NCBI GenBank assembly: GCA_040235375.1
Contig: JBECKQ010000318.1
Span: forward strand, 1-56,877
Direction: 5' to 3'
From: Phycisphaerae bacterium
Lineage (GTDB): Bacteria; Planctomycetota; Phycisphaerae; UBA1845
Length of the DNA: 56,877 nucleotides
Shown piece after piece: positions 48,450 through 56,877 of the stretch. The notes beneath the pieces are model-generated. The model saw only the letters and a list, made by a program, of their open reading frames with translations. It searched no databases and was not told where the DNA came from. Every line of letters starts with the position of its first letter. Position 1 is the stretch's first letter. The translations under genes and the position numbers were made by a program.

Positions 48450-50705
48450 ATGTTTGAACGACTGGGACGAGCGGTGGGCGCGGCCCCTGTTCGGTGGGTG
48501 GCCGGATGGGTCGCGGCCAGCGCCCTGCTGATCATCCTTTCGCCATCCGCCAGGAACCTGACCGAGGCCGAGCCTCGCTCTCTCCTTCCCGCCGACCAGC
48601 CCTACAACCGGGCGATCGAATTCGAACGTCGGGCATTCCCCGATCTCGCGTACCGCACGCGGACCGTCCTCGTCTTCGAGCGCACGCCGAAGCTCACGTC
48701 CGACGACGATCGGTATCTCGCCGACCTGTCGCAGCAGCTCACCACGGAATGCGGTCAGCGAGAAGGCTGGTCGGTTCGGTCACCGTACCTTCAGCCGTAC
48801 CTCGCCAGCCGACTTGAATCGGCCGACGGCGCCGCGGCGATGATCATCGTCAATTCAAACAGCAACTACCTCACGAATCGGTCCGTGGTGGCGGTCGGAG
48901 CCATCGAGAAGCTCGTAAAAAAAGACCTGCCCGCCGGGCTGACGTTCGAAGTCACCGGCGAGGGCGGACTGGGGCGCGATCTCGCGGAGGCGACGGAGCA
49001 AGCGTTCGATCGAACGACGCTGGTGACGCTGGCCGTGCTGATTGTCATTCTCGCCTTGGTCTACCGGGCTCCGCTCGCAGCGCTCGTTCCGCTCGTATCG
49101 ATCGGCACGAGCGTTCTCGTCGCGGTCATGCTGCTCAACCAGGCGACCCGCCTCGGCTGGGGCATCAGCACGATAGAGAAGACGATCACCGTCGTGCTCG
49201 TCTTCGGCTCGGGCACGGACTACGCACTGTTCTGGCTCTCCGCGTTTCGAGAGCGCCTGGGTGCCGGCGGCGAGCGTGAGGACCGGCGGCAGAGGCGCCG
49301 AGTGGCGGCAGCCCGGGCGACGGTGCAGGCCGGCCCCGGCATCCTGACCAGTGCCGCCACCACCATCGGCGGGCTGATGATGCTGATGGCCGCCAATCTG
49401 CTGCCGTCCTTCAACGCCGGCCGCGCTCTGGGCATCGCACTCACCGTTTCGTTGATCGCGGCGTTGACGCTCGTGCCCGCAGTGGCCCTCCTGATGGGCA
49501 GCGTGCTGTACTGGCCGCGCCGCGAGAGCGAGCCGGACCCGAGCCACCGTTCCGGCGTTTGGGCTCGGCTGGCCGGGGTGATCGTCCGGCGGCCGGCCGC
49601 GGTGACCGCCGGCGTCCTCATCGTGCTGGCCTGGCCGATGTACGACGGATGGAACGCACACTACACGTACGATGCCCTCGGTGTCGTGCCGGCCAACAGC
49701 GGCTCCGAACGCGGACAGCAGATCGTTCGCGAGCACTTCTCCGCCGATCAGATCTTCTCCTGGACGGCACTCGTGCAGACCAGCAGGATCAGGACCGACG
49801 CCGAGACGGCGAAAGAGTTCTCCCAACGCGTGACGGCGAAGTGCCTTTCCGTTCCCGGCGTGGCGGACATCTGGAGCGTCAGCGATCCGCTGGGCACGAA
49901 GGTGTCTGCGGCCATGCAGGCGCTGCTGGCCACTTCCGCTGGGCAAGCCCGCGCCGAACAGGCGTACGTCTCATCGAAGCCCCCCGCGCTTCGCTTCGAG
50001 ATCATGCTCGAGTATCCGCCGCTCTCCGGCGATGCGATGGAATCGTGCCTTACGGTGCGCCAGCGCATCGAGTCGCTGGCGAAGGAGTGGTTCGGCAAGG
50101 CGTCGCAGGTTCACGCCACCGGCCTGACTCCGTACATCCTCAACATCAAACGTGTCGCGGACCGGGACCATCGGCGTGTGGTCGTGCTCGTCGTGGTGGT
50201 GATTTTCCTTATCGTCCTGGCGCTCGTGCGCCGGATCGTTTTGGCGGCAATCATGCTGGCCGCGACCATCATGATCTATCTGGTGACACTGGGCGTCACC
50301 GAGGCGTACTTCGTGTACGTCGTCGGCGAGCCCGGCATTGACTGGAAGGTCCGGCTGTTCTCATTCGTGGTCCTCGTGGCCGTCGGGCAGGATTACAACG
50401 TATTCCTTATCACCCGGCTGCTTCAGGAGCGTGCCCGGCACAGGGAGAAGGAGGCGACGCGGCGGGCGATCGCCGCCACCGGGTCCGTCATCAGCAGTTG
50501 CGGGCTGATCATGGCGGCCACGCTGGGGTCGCTGGCCGTCACCGGTCTGACGTTCTTCCAGGAGCTGGGCATGGCCTTCGCCTTCGGCGTGCTCCTGGAT
50601 ACGTTCCTGGTTCGGCCGGCGTTCGTGCCGGCCACCTATCTCCTCATTCACGGACGTGAAAGGAGCGGCGAGCCACCCGGCGCCCGTGGCGATCGATCGC
50701 CGTAA
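48450..50705 (+). CDS. MMPL family (RND superfamily) transporter
   Basis: Two repeats of TM, periplasmic loop and 5 TM; FGSGTDYALF, AVGQDYNVFLITR and LDTFLVRP motifs. Confidence 0.92.
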   Translation: MFERLGRAVGAAPVRWVAGWVAASALLIILSPSARNLTEAEPRSLLPADQPYNRAIEFERRAFPDLAYRTRTVLVFERTPKLTSDDDRYLADLSQQLTTECGQREGWSVRSPYLQPYLASRLESADGAAAMIIVNSNSNYLTNRSVVAVGAIEKLVKKDLPAGLTFEVTGEGGLGRDLAEATEQAFDRTTLVTLAVLIVILALVYRAPLAALVPLVSIGTSVLVAVMLLNQATRLGWGISTIEKTITVVLVFGSGTDYALFWLSAFRERLGAGGEREDRRQRRRVAAARATVQAGPGILTSAATTIGGLMMLMAANLLPSFNAGRALGIALTVSLIAALTLVPAVALLMGSVLYWPRRESEPDPSHRSGVWARLAGVIVRRPAAVTAGVLIVLAWPMYDGWNAHYTYDALGVVPANSGSERGQQIVREHFSADQIFSWTALVQTSRIRTDAETAKEFSQRVTAKCLSVPGVADIWSVSDPLGTKVSAAMQALLATSAGQARAEQAYVSSKPPALRFEIMLEYPPLSGDAMESCLTVRQRIESLAKEWFGKASQVHATGLTPYILNIKRVADRDHRRVVVLVVVVIFLIVLALVRRIVLAAIMLAATIMIYLVTLGVTEAYFVYVVGEPGIDWKVRLFSFVVLVAVGQDYNVFLITRLLQERARHREKEATRRAIAATGSVISSCGLIMAATLGSLAVTGLTFFQELGMAFAFGVLLDTFLVRPAFVPATYLLIHGRERSGEPPGARGDRSP

Positions 50706-50816
50706 AAGTGGTTCGCCCTTGTGCAGAGCGCCGCCAGCGCAGATGATGGGAGAGCAGTTTCCTCCACGGCCGTCCAGCTGGCGGCCGGAGGCGATCTTGT
50801 CAGCGAGGGAAGAGCA

Positions 50817-51953
50817 ATGACGACTGACGATTTCGTGCCACGACGTGTCACCTGGTTTGTCGCCGCGCTCGCGGTATCGTCGCTCGCGCCGCCGGCCTTG
50901 GCCAAAGTGCATCGGATCACCGCGACCGTGGAAGCGACGGTGCGCGAGCTCATCGGGGGTCAGCCGGCGTCGCTCGACACGTCGTTCGACTCGTACCCCG
51001 AAACCGCGCCTGTTCTTCCGATGGAGGCCTTCGCCGGTCTCGGCGATTTCACCGGCGACCAGGACCTGCTCCAGGGCGCACGCAGCATCGCGGCGTTCGC
51101 CGATCCGACCCTTTCAACGGATCCGAATCCTGCCGAGTTCGGCCTCGAGCTGGCCAACTACTCGCGGGACGCGTCCACCAGTCACGAGTCGTTTGCCGAG
51201 ACGATCGAACGGCGAAGGATCTCTCTGGACGTGTCGGAGCTCGGCGCGTCCGCGTTCGCCGGCACCGTTGATGTTACGAGCTACGTATTCCTCTCCGGCG
51301 CCATTGTCATCTGGAGCGACGCGAGCCAGACCGATCTGACCGGCCTCGAGGCGACGTTCGCATTCACTGTGAGCAAAAACGACGCCGCCACGAACATCGA
51401 CACGAACGGCCCCGAAGTGCTGTTCGACACCGGGCTGACACTAACCGGTGGGCCGCAGGGCAGCGTTGGTACGGCTCCAACAGGGCCGATTGTTGCGCTC
51501 CTCGGCGGCCCCGAACTGCTGGACCTCGCCGGCGGCAGCGCCGACGCCGTCGCGGCGCTGAACAGTCTGGGCGAGGCCCACGTCGTCATCATTCCCGAGC
51601 AGACCCTGCCGTACACGTATCCAGGAACGGCCGGGGAGTCGTTCGAGTTGGTGGCCGATGTTCGTTGCACGGCGGTGAATCTTCCGGGCGGAACGGGCAT
51701 CGCCGTCGGGTTCGGACGTGAGCTGACTCTGCTCGCCCCCGCGCTTGCTGAGCCCCTGGGGCCGAAGATGGCTGGCCAAGTCCAGGAGGCGACCAACCGG
51801 GCCATCCAGCAGGCCGACCCACGGACGATCGCGGACGATTCGACGGCAGGGGGGCCGCTCTGTGGCTTGTTCGGCGCGGAGACGGCGTTCCTGGGCCTGA
51901 TGACGTTCGCGGGCGGTTTGTGGCGATGCCGGCGTCGCCGGTTGGGGCGCTGA
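50817..51953 (+). CDS. secreted acidic beta-rich protein with Cys-containing C-terminal sorting signal
   Basis: Signal peptide ending PALA-K; tail GGPLCGLFG + hydrophobic helix + RCRRRRLGR. Confidence 0.75.
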   Translation: MTTDDFVPRRVTWFVAALAVSSLAPPALAKVHRITATVEATVRELIGGQPASLDTSFDSYPETAPVLPMEAFAGLGDFTGDQDLLQGARSIAAFADPTLSTDPNPAEFGLELANYSRDASTSHESFAETIERRRISLDVSELGASAFAGTVDVTSYVFLSGAIVIWSDASQTDLTGLEATFAFTVSKNDAATNIDTNGPEVLFDTGLTLTGGPQGSVGTAPTGPIVALLGGPELLDLAGGSADAVAALNSLGEAHVVIIPEQTLPYTYPGTAGESFELVADVRCTAVNLPGGTGIAVGFGRELTLLAPALAEPLGPKMAGQVQEATNRAIQQADPRTIADDSTAGGPLCGLFGAETAFLGLMTFAGGLWRCRRRRLGR

Positions 51954-52148
51954 TCCCCCGACGCGACCGCAACGGCGTGCGGAGTCTCCCCGGTACGCCT
52001 ATAGGGACGCCGGCCGATTGACATGAAACGCTAAGCATCTATCCTGCAAGCCGATAGCTGCTGCCTGCCATCCTCCGCGGGGCGGCGGCACCACCGCTGG
52101 TACCGGGTGAGAAGTGCGGGCTCACCCAGGCTGGTTGGACGCAAAACG

Positions 52149-53093
52149 ATGATTGTCGATTGCCACACCCATATCTGGGACTCGCCCGGACAGCTTGGCC
52201 AACTTGCCCAATCCGTCCAGAGGCCTGTTCGCGTCCCTGCCCCCCTCGTGCGCCGGGCGCCGGAAGTAAACGCCGGCCGGGCCCGGCATCTGGCGGCCGC
52301 CCAGCATGTGGACGCGACAATCGTGCTGGGGTTCACGAGCCTCCGACTGGGGGCGGAAATCCCGAATGACGTAGTCGCCTCCTATGTCCGCTCCCATCCC
52401 GACAAGCTGATCGGTTTTGCGGGCATCGACCCCAGCAGGCCGGCGGAGGCCATCGCGGAGATGAGTCGGGCCCGCAAGGAACTGGGGATGAAGGGCATCA
52501 GCCTGTCGCCCGCCGCACAGGACGTTCACCCCTGTAGCAGCAATGCAGACCTGGTGTACGCCCAGGCGGCGGAATGGCGCATGCCCGTTCTGTTCCATCC
52601 CGGAATCCAGATTTCGCGCGAGTGCAAGCTCGAATACGCCCAACCCTTGCTGCTCGACGAGGTGGCCCGCGAGTATCCCTCGCTGAAGATCATCATCGCC
52701 CACCTCGGATATCCGTGGGTGGCCGAGACGCTTGTGCTGCTGGCCAAGCACGAAAACGTCTTCTCCGACATCAGTTGGCTGCTGCACCAGCCGTGGCAGG
52801 CCTACCAGGCGCTCTTGTCCGCCTACCAGTACGGGGTGGTCGACAAGATCGTCTTCGGCAGCGGCTTTCCTTACAACTCGCCCACCCAGAGCATCGAAAC
52901 GCTTTACAGCATCAATCATCTGTGTGCGGGCACGAATATGCCGCGAATTCCTCGCGAGGCCCTCCAGGGCATCGTCGAGTGCGACGCTTTGTCGCTTCTG
53001 GGCATTCCGCACACAGCCTCCACGAAGCCCGCGGCATCGGCCGGCACGCTGCTGGACGAAGATTCCGAGCTCGACGGCACTGACTTGGGCTGA
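52149..53093 (+). CDS. amidohydrolase family protein (Amidohydro_2)
   Basis: DCHTH, PVLFH.G, IIAHLG.PW, NVFSDIS and IVFGSGFP motifs. Confidence 0.9.
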   Translation: MIVDCHTHIWDSPGQLGQLAQSVQRPVRVPAPLVRRAPEVNAGRARHLAAAQHVDATIVLGFTSLRLGAEIPNDVVASYVRSHPDKLIGFAGIDPSRPAEAIAEMSRARKELGMKGISLSPAAQDVHPCSSNADLVYAQAAEWRMPVLFHPGIQISRECKLEYAQPLLLDEVAREYPSLKIIIAHLGYPWVAETLVLLAKHENVFSDISWLLHQPWQAYQALLSAYQYGVVDKIVFGSGFPYNSPTQSIETLYSINHLCAGTNMPRIPREALQGIVECDALSLLGIPHTASTKPAASAGTLLDEDSELDGTDLG

Positions 53094-53134
53094 TCCACCG
53101 AGCCACGCGAACGTACCAGACGGGCGCCCGGCGG

Positions 53135-53163
53135 TTGACATGTCGTTTTCAGCCTTCGAGAAT
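53135..53163 (+). promoter_or_regulatory. putative sigma70 promoter
   Basis: TTGACA-N17-GAGAAT upstream of the coiled-coil gene. Confidence 0.45.
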
Positions 53164-53355
53164 AGGGTATGGCTTTCGGTGATCGCGATGGCTTGGTCGG
53201 CCATCAGTCGTTCGAGTCGGTGGCGACCATCGAAGACCGAGCTATCCGGCCGTGCACAATCCGCCGCGGCCAGTGCCCGCTCAGCAGGCCAGATGCGGCG
53301 TGTGCCGTGGCCCGCGCACCCATAAGTTCCACCCCCTGAAGGGAGATAGACATTC

Positions 53356-54789
53356 ATGGCCGTTGCCCGAGCCCAAGGACAAGGCGGCATGTCCGCAATC
53401 CACATTTGGCTGATCGTCTTCGTCGCCCTGTGGCTGACCTCCACCGTCCTGCTCGTCATCCTCTACATGGACCAGGAGGCGGTGAAGAAGGACAACGCCG
53501 ACCTGCGAGCGGAAGTTCAGCAGTTGATTTCTCCGCAGGGGCGCAGCCTCCCGCAGTTCACCGAGGCCAAATCCAGTCCGAAGACGATGGTCGACCTTCT
53601 GGAAGACGCTCGGGCCAAGAGCGCTCAACTGCTTAGCGGCAACGGCGAGGACAATCCGGCGACGCTCGAGACCAAGCTCAAGACGCAACTCGACGCGATT
53701 CGTGCCGATCGGCGGATCGAGGATCCCGAGGTGCTCGGCGCCGGTTCCTGTCTCGATGCTCTGGCGGCCATCTACAGCCAGTTCCAGATGAAGGCGGACG
53801 CGCTGGCGGAGGCGACGAAGGGCGTCGACGAATTGTCCGAAGAGCTCAACGCGCTGCGCGCGGCGCGTGAGCAGCAGCAGAAATCGTTCGAGCAGAAGGC
53901 CGAAGAGCTGTCCAAGCAGATTGCCGGAATCGTGCAGGATCAGGAGTCCTACCGTAAGGAGCGCGATGAGCAGGTCGATTCCTTCGAGAAGAAGATCAAC
54001 GACATCAATCGCCAGTACTTCGAGGACATCCAGAAGCAGCGGACCGAGAACGTCAGTCTCAGCGGGAAGTACGATGAGCTCATGACGAGGTACCAGGCGC
54101 TCAAGGACAAGCTGGGGCAAGCGCAAATTCGACCGGTCAAGCTTGCGACGGCGCGGCAAGGTGACGGTGTCGTGCTGGCCGCCAAGCCCGGCGAGGACGT
54201 TGTCTACATCAACCTGGGTTCGAAAGACGGGATGACGCTCGGGCTGGAGTTCGCCGTGTACGACAGCCTCAAGGGCATCCCCGAAAGCGGCAAGGCCAAG
54301 GCGCGCATCGAGGTGGTCAGCGTTCACCCCAGTAGCAGCGAGTGCCGCGTCGTCGATCTGATGGGCAACGCGATGGTCATGGCCGGCGACATCATCGCCA
54401 ACCCCATCTACGACAAGGATCGGAAGCTGACCTTCTTTGTGCTCGGCGAATTCGATCTCAATGGCGACAGCCACTACGACCGCGACGGCGCCCGGACGAT
54501 CGAAGCCCTGATCAAGAACTGGGGCGGCAAGACGACCGACGATCTGACCGCGCAGGTCGATTTTGTCGTGCTCGGCGGCCCACCGCCTCATCCCCAGCGC
54601 TCCCTCGATCTCGATCCGGAGGCCGACACCCGCTACCAGCGCGCCCAGAAGGCGCTCGACGAATACAACTCCGAGTTGGCAACGACAAAGGTGCTGGCCA
54701 TACCGGTCCTGACGCAGGAAGTTTTCCTCAATTTCCTCGGATACGAGGGCAGCTCACCGCTGCCGGTCTCGGCGCTTGCCGGCCTTTGA
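53356..54789 (+). CDS. membrane-anchored coiled-coil protein with beta-barrel domain and C-terminal BRCT-like domain
   Basis: SD GAAGGGAG; N-terminal TM; long E/Q/K-rich coiled coil; VYINLG..DG; LIKNWGGK...VDFVVLG. Confidence 0.75.
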   Translation: MAVARAQGQGGMSAIHIWLIVFVALWLTSTVLLVILYMDQEAVKKDNADLRAEVQQLISPQGRSLPQFTEAKSSPKTMVDLLEDARAKSAQLLSGNGEDNPATLETKLKTQLDAIRADRRIEDPEVLGAGSCLDALAAIYSQFQMKADALAEATKGVDELSEELNALRAAREQQQKSFEQKAEELSKQIAGIVQDQESYRKERDEQVDSFEKKINDINRQYFEDIQKQRTENVSLSGKYDELMTRYQALKDKLGQAQIRPVKLATARQGDGVVLAAKPGEDVVYINLGSKDGMTLGLEFAVYDSLKGIPESGKAKARIEVVSVHPSSSECRVVDLMGNAMVMAGDIIANPIYDKDRKLTFFVLGEFDLNGDSHYDRDGARTIEALIKNWGGKTTDDLTAQVDFVVLGGPPPHPQRSLDLDPEADTRYQRAQKALDEYNSELATTKVLAIPVLTQEVFLNFLGYEGSSPLPVSALAGL

Positions 54790-54896
54790 TGCCCGGTGAT
54801 GACGCCTGGAGCAGCCCCGTGAAACGCGTGTCGCGGCCCGCGCTTTGCGCAGACTGTACAACCTATGCTGTTTGACCGGTTTGCGAGGGCGTTCTT

Positions 54897-54925
54897 TTGA
54901 CAGCTCTTTAAGAAGGTGTTATAAT
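54897..54925 (+). promoter_or_regulatory. consensus sigma70 promoter with extended -10
   Basis: TTGACA-N17-TATAAT, TG at -15/-14. Confidence 0.9.
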
Positions 54926-54984
54926 ACAGTGTTTGCGGTTTTTCGGGGCTGACATACGGCGGGTTGAGGCAATCCCTGAGAAGT

Positions 54985-55008
54985 GGGCTGACAGCAGCTC
55001 TTTTTTTT
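54985..55008 (+). terminator. intrinsic terminator/attenuator upstream of dnaG
   Basis: GGGCTG-ACAG-CAGCTC hairpin plus T8. Confidence 0.65.
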
Positions 55009-55088
55009 AACAGCTACTCGATAAGCGATTGGGACGGCGGCAAAGGCTGGGCGCACGGTGTGCGTATCGGACTTTGCGGGGGCGCTCA

Positions 55089-56877
55089 TTGATTAACTTC
55101 GAGTCGGTGAAAGAAGAGATCCGCCAGCGGGTCGACCTGGTGGAGTTGGTGTCGGAGCACGTTGCCCTCAGACGGGCCGGCAAGGACTTTATCGGTCTGT
55201 GCCCCTTCCACAACGATAAGTCCCCGTCCCTTACCGTCAGCCCCTCGAAGAGCATCTTCAAGTGCTTCGCCTGCCAGGCGGGCGGGGACGTTTTCACCTT
55301 CGTGCAGATGCGCGAAGGTGTTTCCTTTGGCGAGGCAATGCGCCTCCTTGCCGACCGTGCGGGCGTCACGCTCACGCGGATGACGCGAGCGAAGTCGTCC
55401 GGACCGGACAAGGCTGATCTGGCCAAAGTCAACGGGTGGGCGGCGGAGACCTTCTGCCGAGCCCTCAGGGAGGCCCCGGGAGCAGAGGCCGCCAGGCGAT
55501 TCATTGCGGAGCGCGATCTTGCCGCGGAGGCCATCGCGCGTTTCCGCCTCGGATACGCCCCGGACAGCAGCGACTGGATTCTCGCTGCGGCCCGTCGGCG
55601 CGGCATCGATATTGCTCTGCTTCGCGAAGCCGGCCTCGTGCAGACCAGCAATGACGGCCGGCCCTACGGCGTGTTTCGCGAAAGGCTCATCTTCCCCATC
55701 ACCGACACGATGAACCGCGTGATCGGCTTCGGCGGCCGTACGCTCAAGGGGGACCGGGCGAAGTATCTCAACACTGCTCAGACCACCCTTTTTGACAAGG
55801 GCCGCAATCTCTACGGCCTCGATGTCGCCCGGCAGACAATGTCCGAATCTCGCCGCGTCATCGTCGTCGAGGGCTACACCGATTGCATCGCTGCCAGCCA
55901 GCACGGCTTCGTCAACACGGTGGCCACGCTCGGCACCGCATTGACCGACGATCAGGTTCGACTTTTGCGCCGCTGGTGCGATGAGCTCCTTCTCGTCTTC
56001 GACTCGGACGAAGCGGGAGCCAACGCCGCAGATCGCGGTCTGAGTGTCGCTCTGCGGCACAATTTATCGGTCAAAATCGCCAACGTCCCGGCCGGAAAGG
56101 ACCCCTGTGAGTTTCTCGGAAGTCACGGGGCCGAGGCGTTTTCCGCCGTGTTGAAGTCCGCGGCCGACGCGCTAGTATTCAAGTGGCGCCGCACCAGTGA
56201 GCGGTTTGCCACGGACTCTGGGCAGGGGAGGAGCGAGGCGATACGAGAATTTGTCGGTCTCATCGCCGGCATGATCCGGTATCGGACCGTCGATCCGATC
56301 CATCAAGGGCTGATTGTCAATCAGCTCGCATCGCTTCTGGCAATCCCGGCGACCGACGTCCACGGCCTGCTGCTGGCCGCGTCGCGCAAGGCAGCGGGCG
56401 GTCCGGCTCCTGCCGGCGGGTTCCCCCACGCCGCGGGTCGGGTCGAGACGCCTCCCGACGGTGAACAGTCGGCTTTGGTCGCCATTTTGGAAGTGCTTGT
56501 GAACGAGCCCGCATTGTATGGGCAGATTGCCGACGCGTTCCGACACGAACGATTCGCCGATGAGCGGCTTCGCCGTATCGCCGGGCGTGTTGTCGACCTC
56601 TGTCGCGAGGCCACCGCCTTCACCGCGACGGAACTGCTGGACGGTTTCGAGGACCCCGCCGAGGCGGGTATCGTCACCGACCTGATCGTCCGCGGCGAAC
56701 GACAAGGTGAATTCGAAGCCACGCTGGCCGCCGCGCGGCAGCGCCTGGAGATGCTTGTCCCGCTGCGGGACGGACGCAGGGCGGCAGAGGATTTGCGGCG
56801 GGCAATGGCTCAGGGCCCCGTCGACTCCAACGAGGAGACGGAGAGCCTGCGACGGATCAGTCGCGCTCTTTCCGGGT
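55089..56877 (+). CDS. dnaG: DNA primase (3' truncated by window edge)
   Basis: Frame from TTG 55089 reads ...GLCPFHNDKSPS...FKCFAC (CHC2 finger), IGFGGR, KYLNT, VEGYTD, TLGTAL, FDSDEAG and KDP; missing from the ORF track because no stop lies inside the window. Confidence 0.97.
   Translation, partial: MINFESVKEEIRQRVDLVELVSEHVALRRAGKDFIGLCPFHNDKSPSLTVSPSKSIFKCFACQAGGDVFTFVQMREGVSFGEAMRLLADRAGVTLTRMTRAKSSGPDKADLAKVNGWAAETFCRALREAPGAEAARRFIAERDLAAEAIARFRLGYAPDSSDWILAAARRRGIDIALLREAGLVQTSNDGRPYGVFRERLIFPITDTMNRVIGFGGRTLKGDRAKYLNTAQTTLFDKGRNLYGLDVARQTMSESRRVIVVEGYTDCIAASQHGFVNTVATLGTALTDDQVRLLRRWCDELLLVFDSDEAGANAADRGLSVALRHNLSVKIANVPAGKDPCEFLGSHGAEAFSAVLKSAADALVFKWRRTSERFATDSGQGRSEAIREFVGLIAGMIRYRTVDPIHQGLIVNQLASLLAIPATDVHGLLLAASRKAAGGPAPAGGFPHAAGRVETPPDGEQSALVAILEVLVNEPALYGQIADAFRHERFADERLRRIAGRVVDLCREATAFTATELLDGFEDPAEAGIVTDLIVRGERQGEFEATLAAARQRLEMLVPLRDGRRAAEDLRRAMAQGPVDSNEETESLRRISRALSG

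Noticed and set aside
54945-55000. tmRNA 5' end or TPP riboswitch (GGGGCTGA, CTGAGA)
   Set aside because: Too short, and lacks the tRNA-like 3' end and the other TPP conserved segments.
55007-56722. Minus-strand ORFs in the last 1.9 kb
   Set aside because: Shadows of dnaG on the + strand.

Overview
High-GC chromosomal window with about 44 protein genes, one tRNA-Leu(CAA) and a stand-alone 5S rRNA. I found no integrase, transposase, CRISPR array or prophage. Gene content points to a Planctomycetota (probably Phycisphaerae) genome, which is inferred from a short planctomycete-type 5S, an H-X9-DG-like prepilin protein, a Cys-containing dockerin-like tail, a kinase-TPR gene and a Thr-type sulfatase. 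Recognisable genes are folP (partial), upp, sppA, phhA, hmgA, cdaA/cdaR, murQ, pcm and dnaG (partial). The most interesting signals are: (1) a CPBP intramembrane protease, an MMPL transporter and a secreted protein with a Cys-containing C-terminal sorting signal, a candidate undescribed protein-anchoring system; (2) a 1.4 kb intergenic region with an unannotated 23-aa membrane peptide gene and two promoter-led candidate small RNAs; (3) a perfect sigma70 promoter driving a ~77-nt terminated RNA with a duplicated pairing strand upstream of dnaG; (4) a 5S rRNA with its own promoter and terminator; (5) an envelope cluster of AlgE-like barrel, lipoprotein, secreted FecR, double GT-C mannosyltransferase, TPR-metallopeptidase and ABC exporter; (6) a Rok/H-NS-like small basic protein; (7) a kinase-TPR gene broken by two frameshifts. 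All family calls come from motif recognition by eye, and no searches were run.
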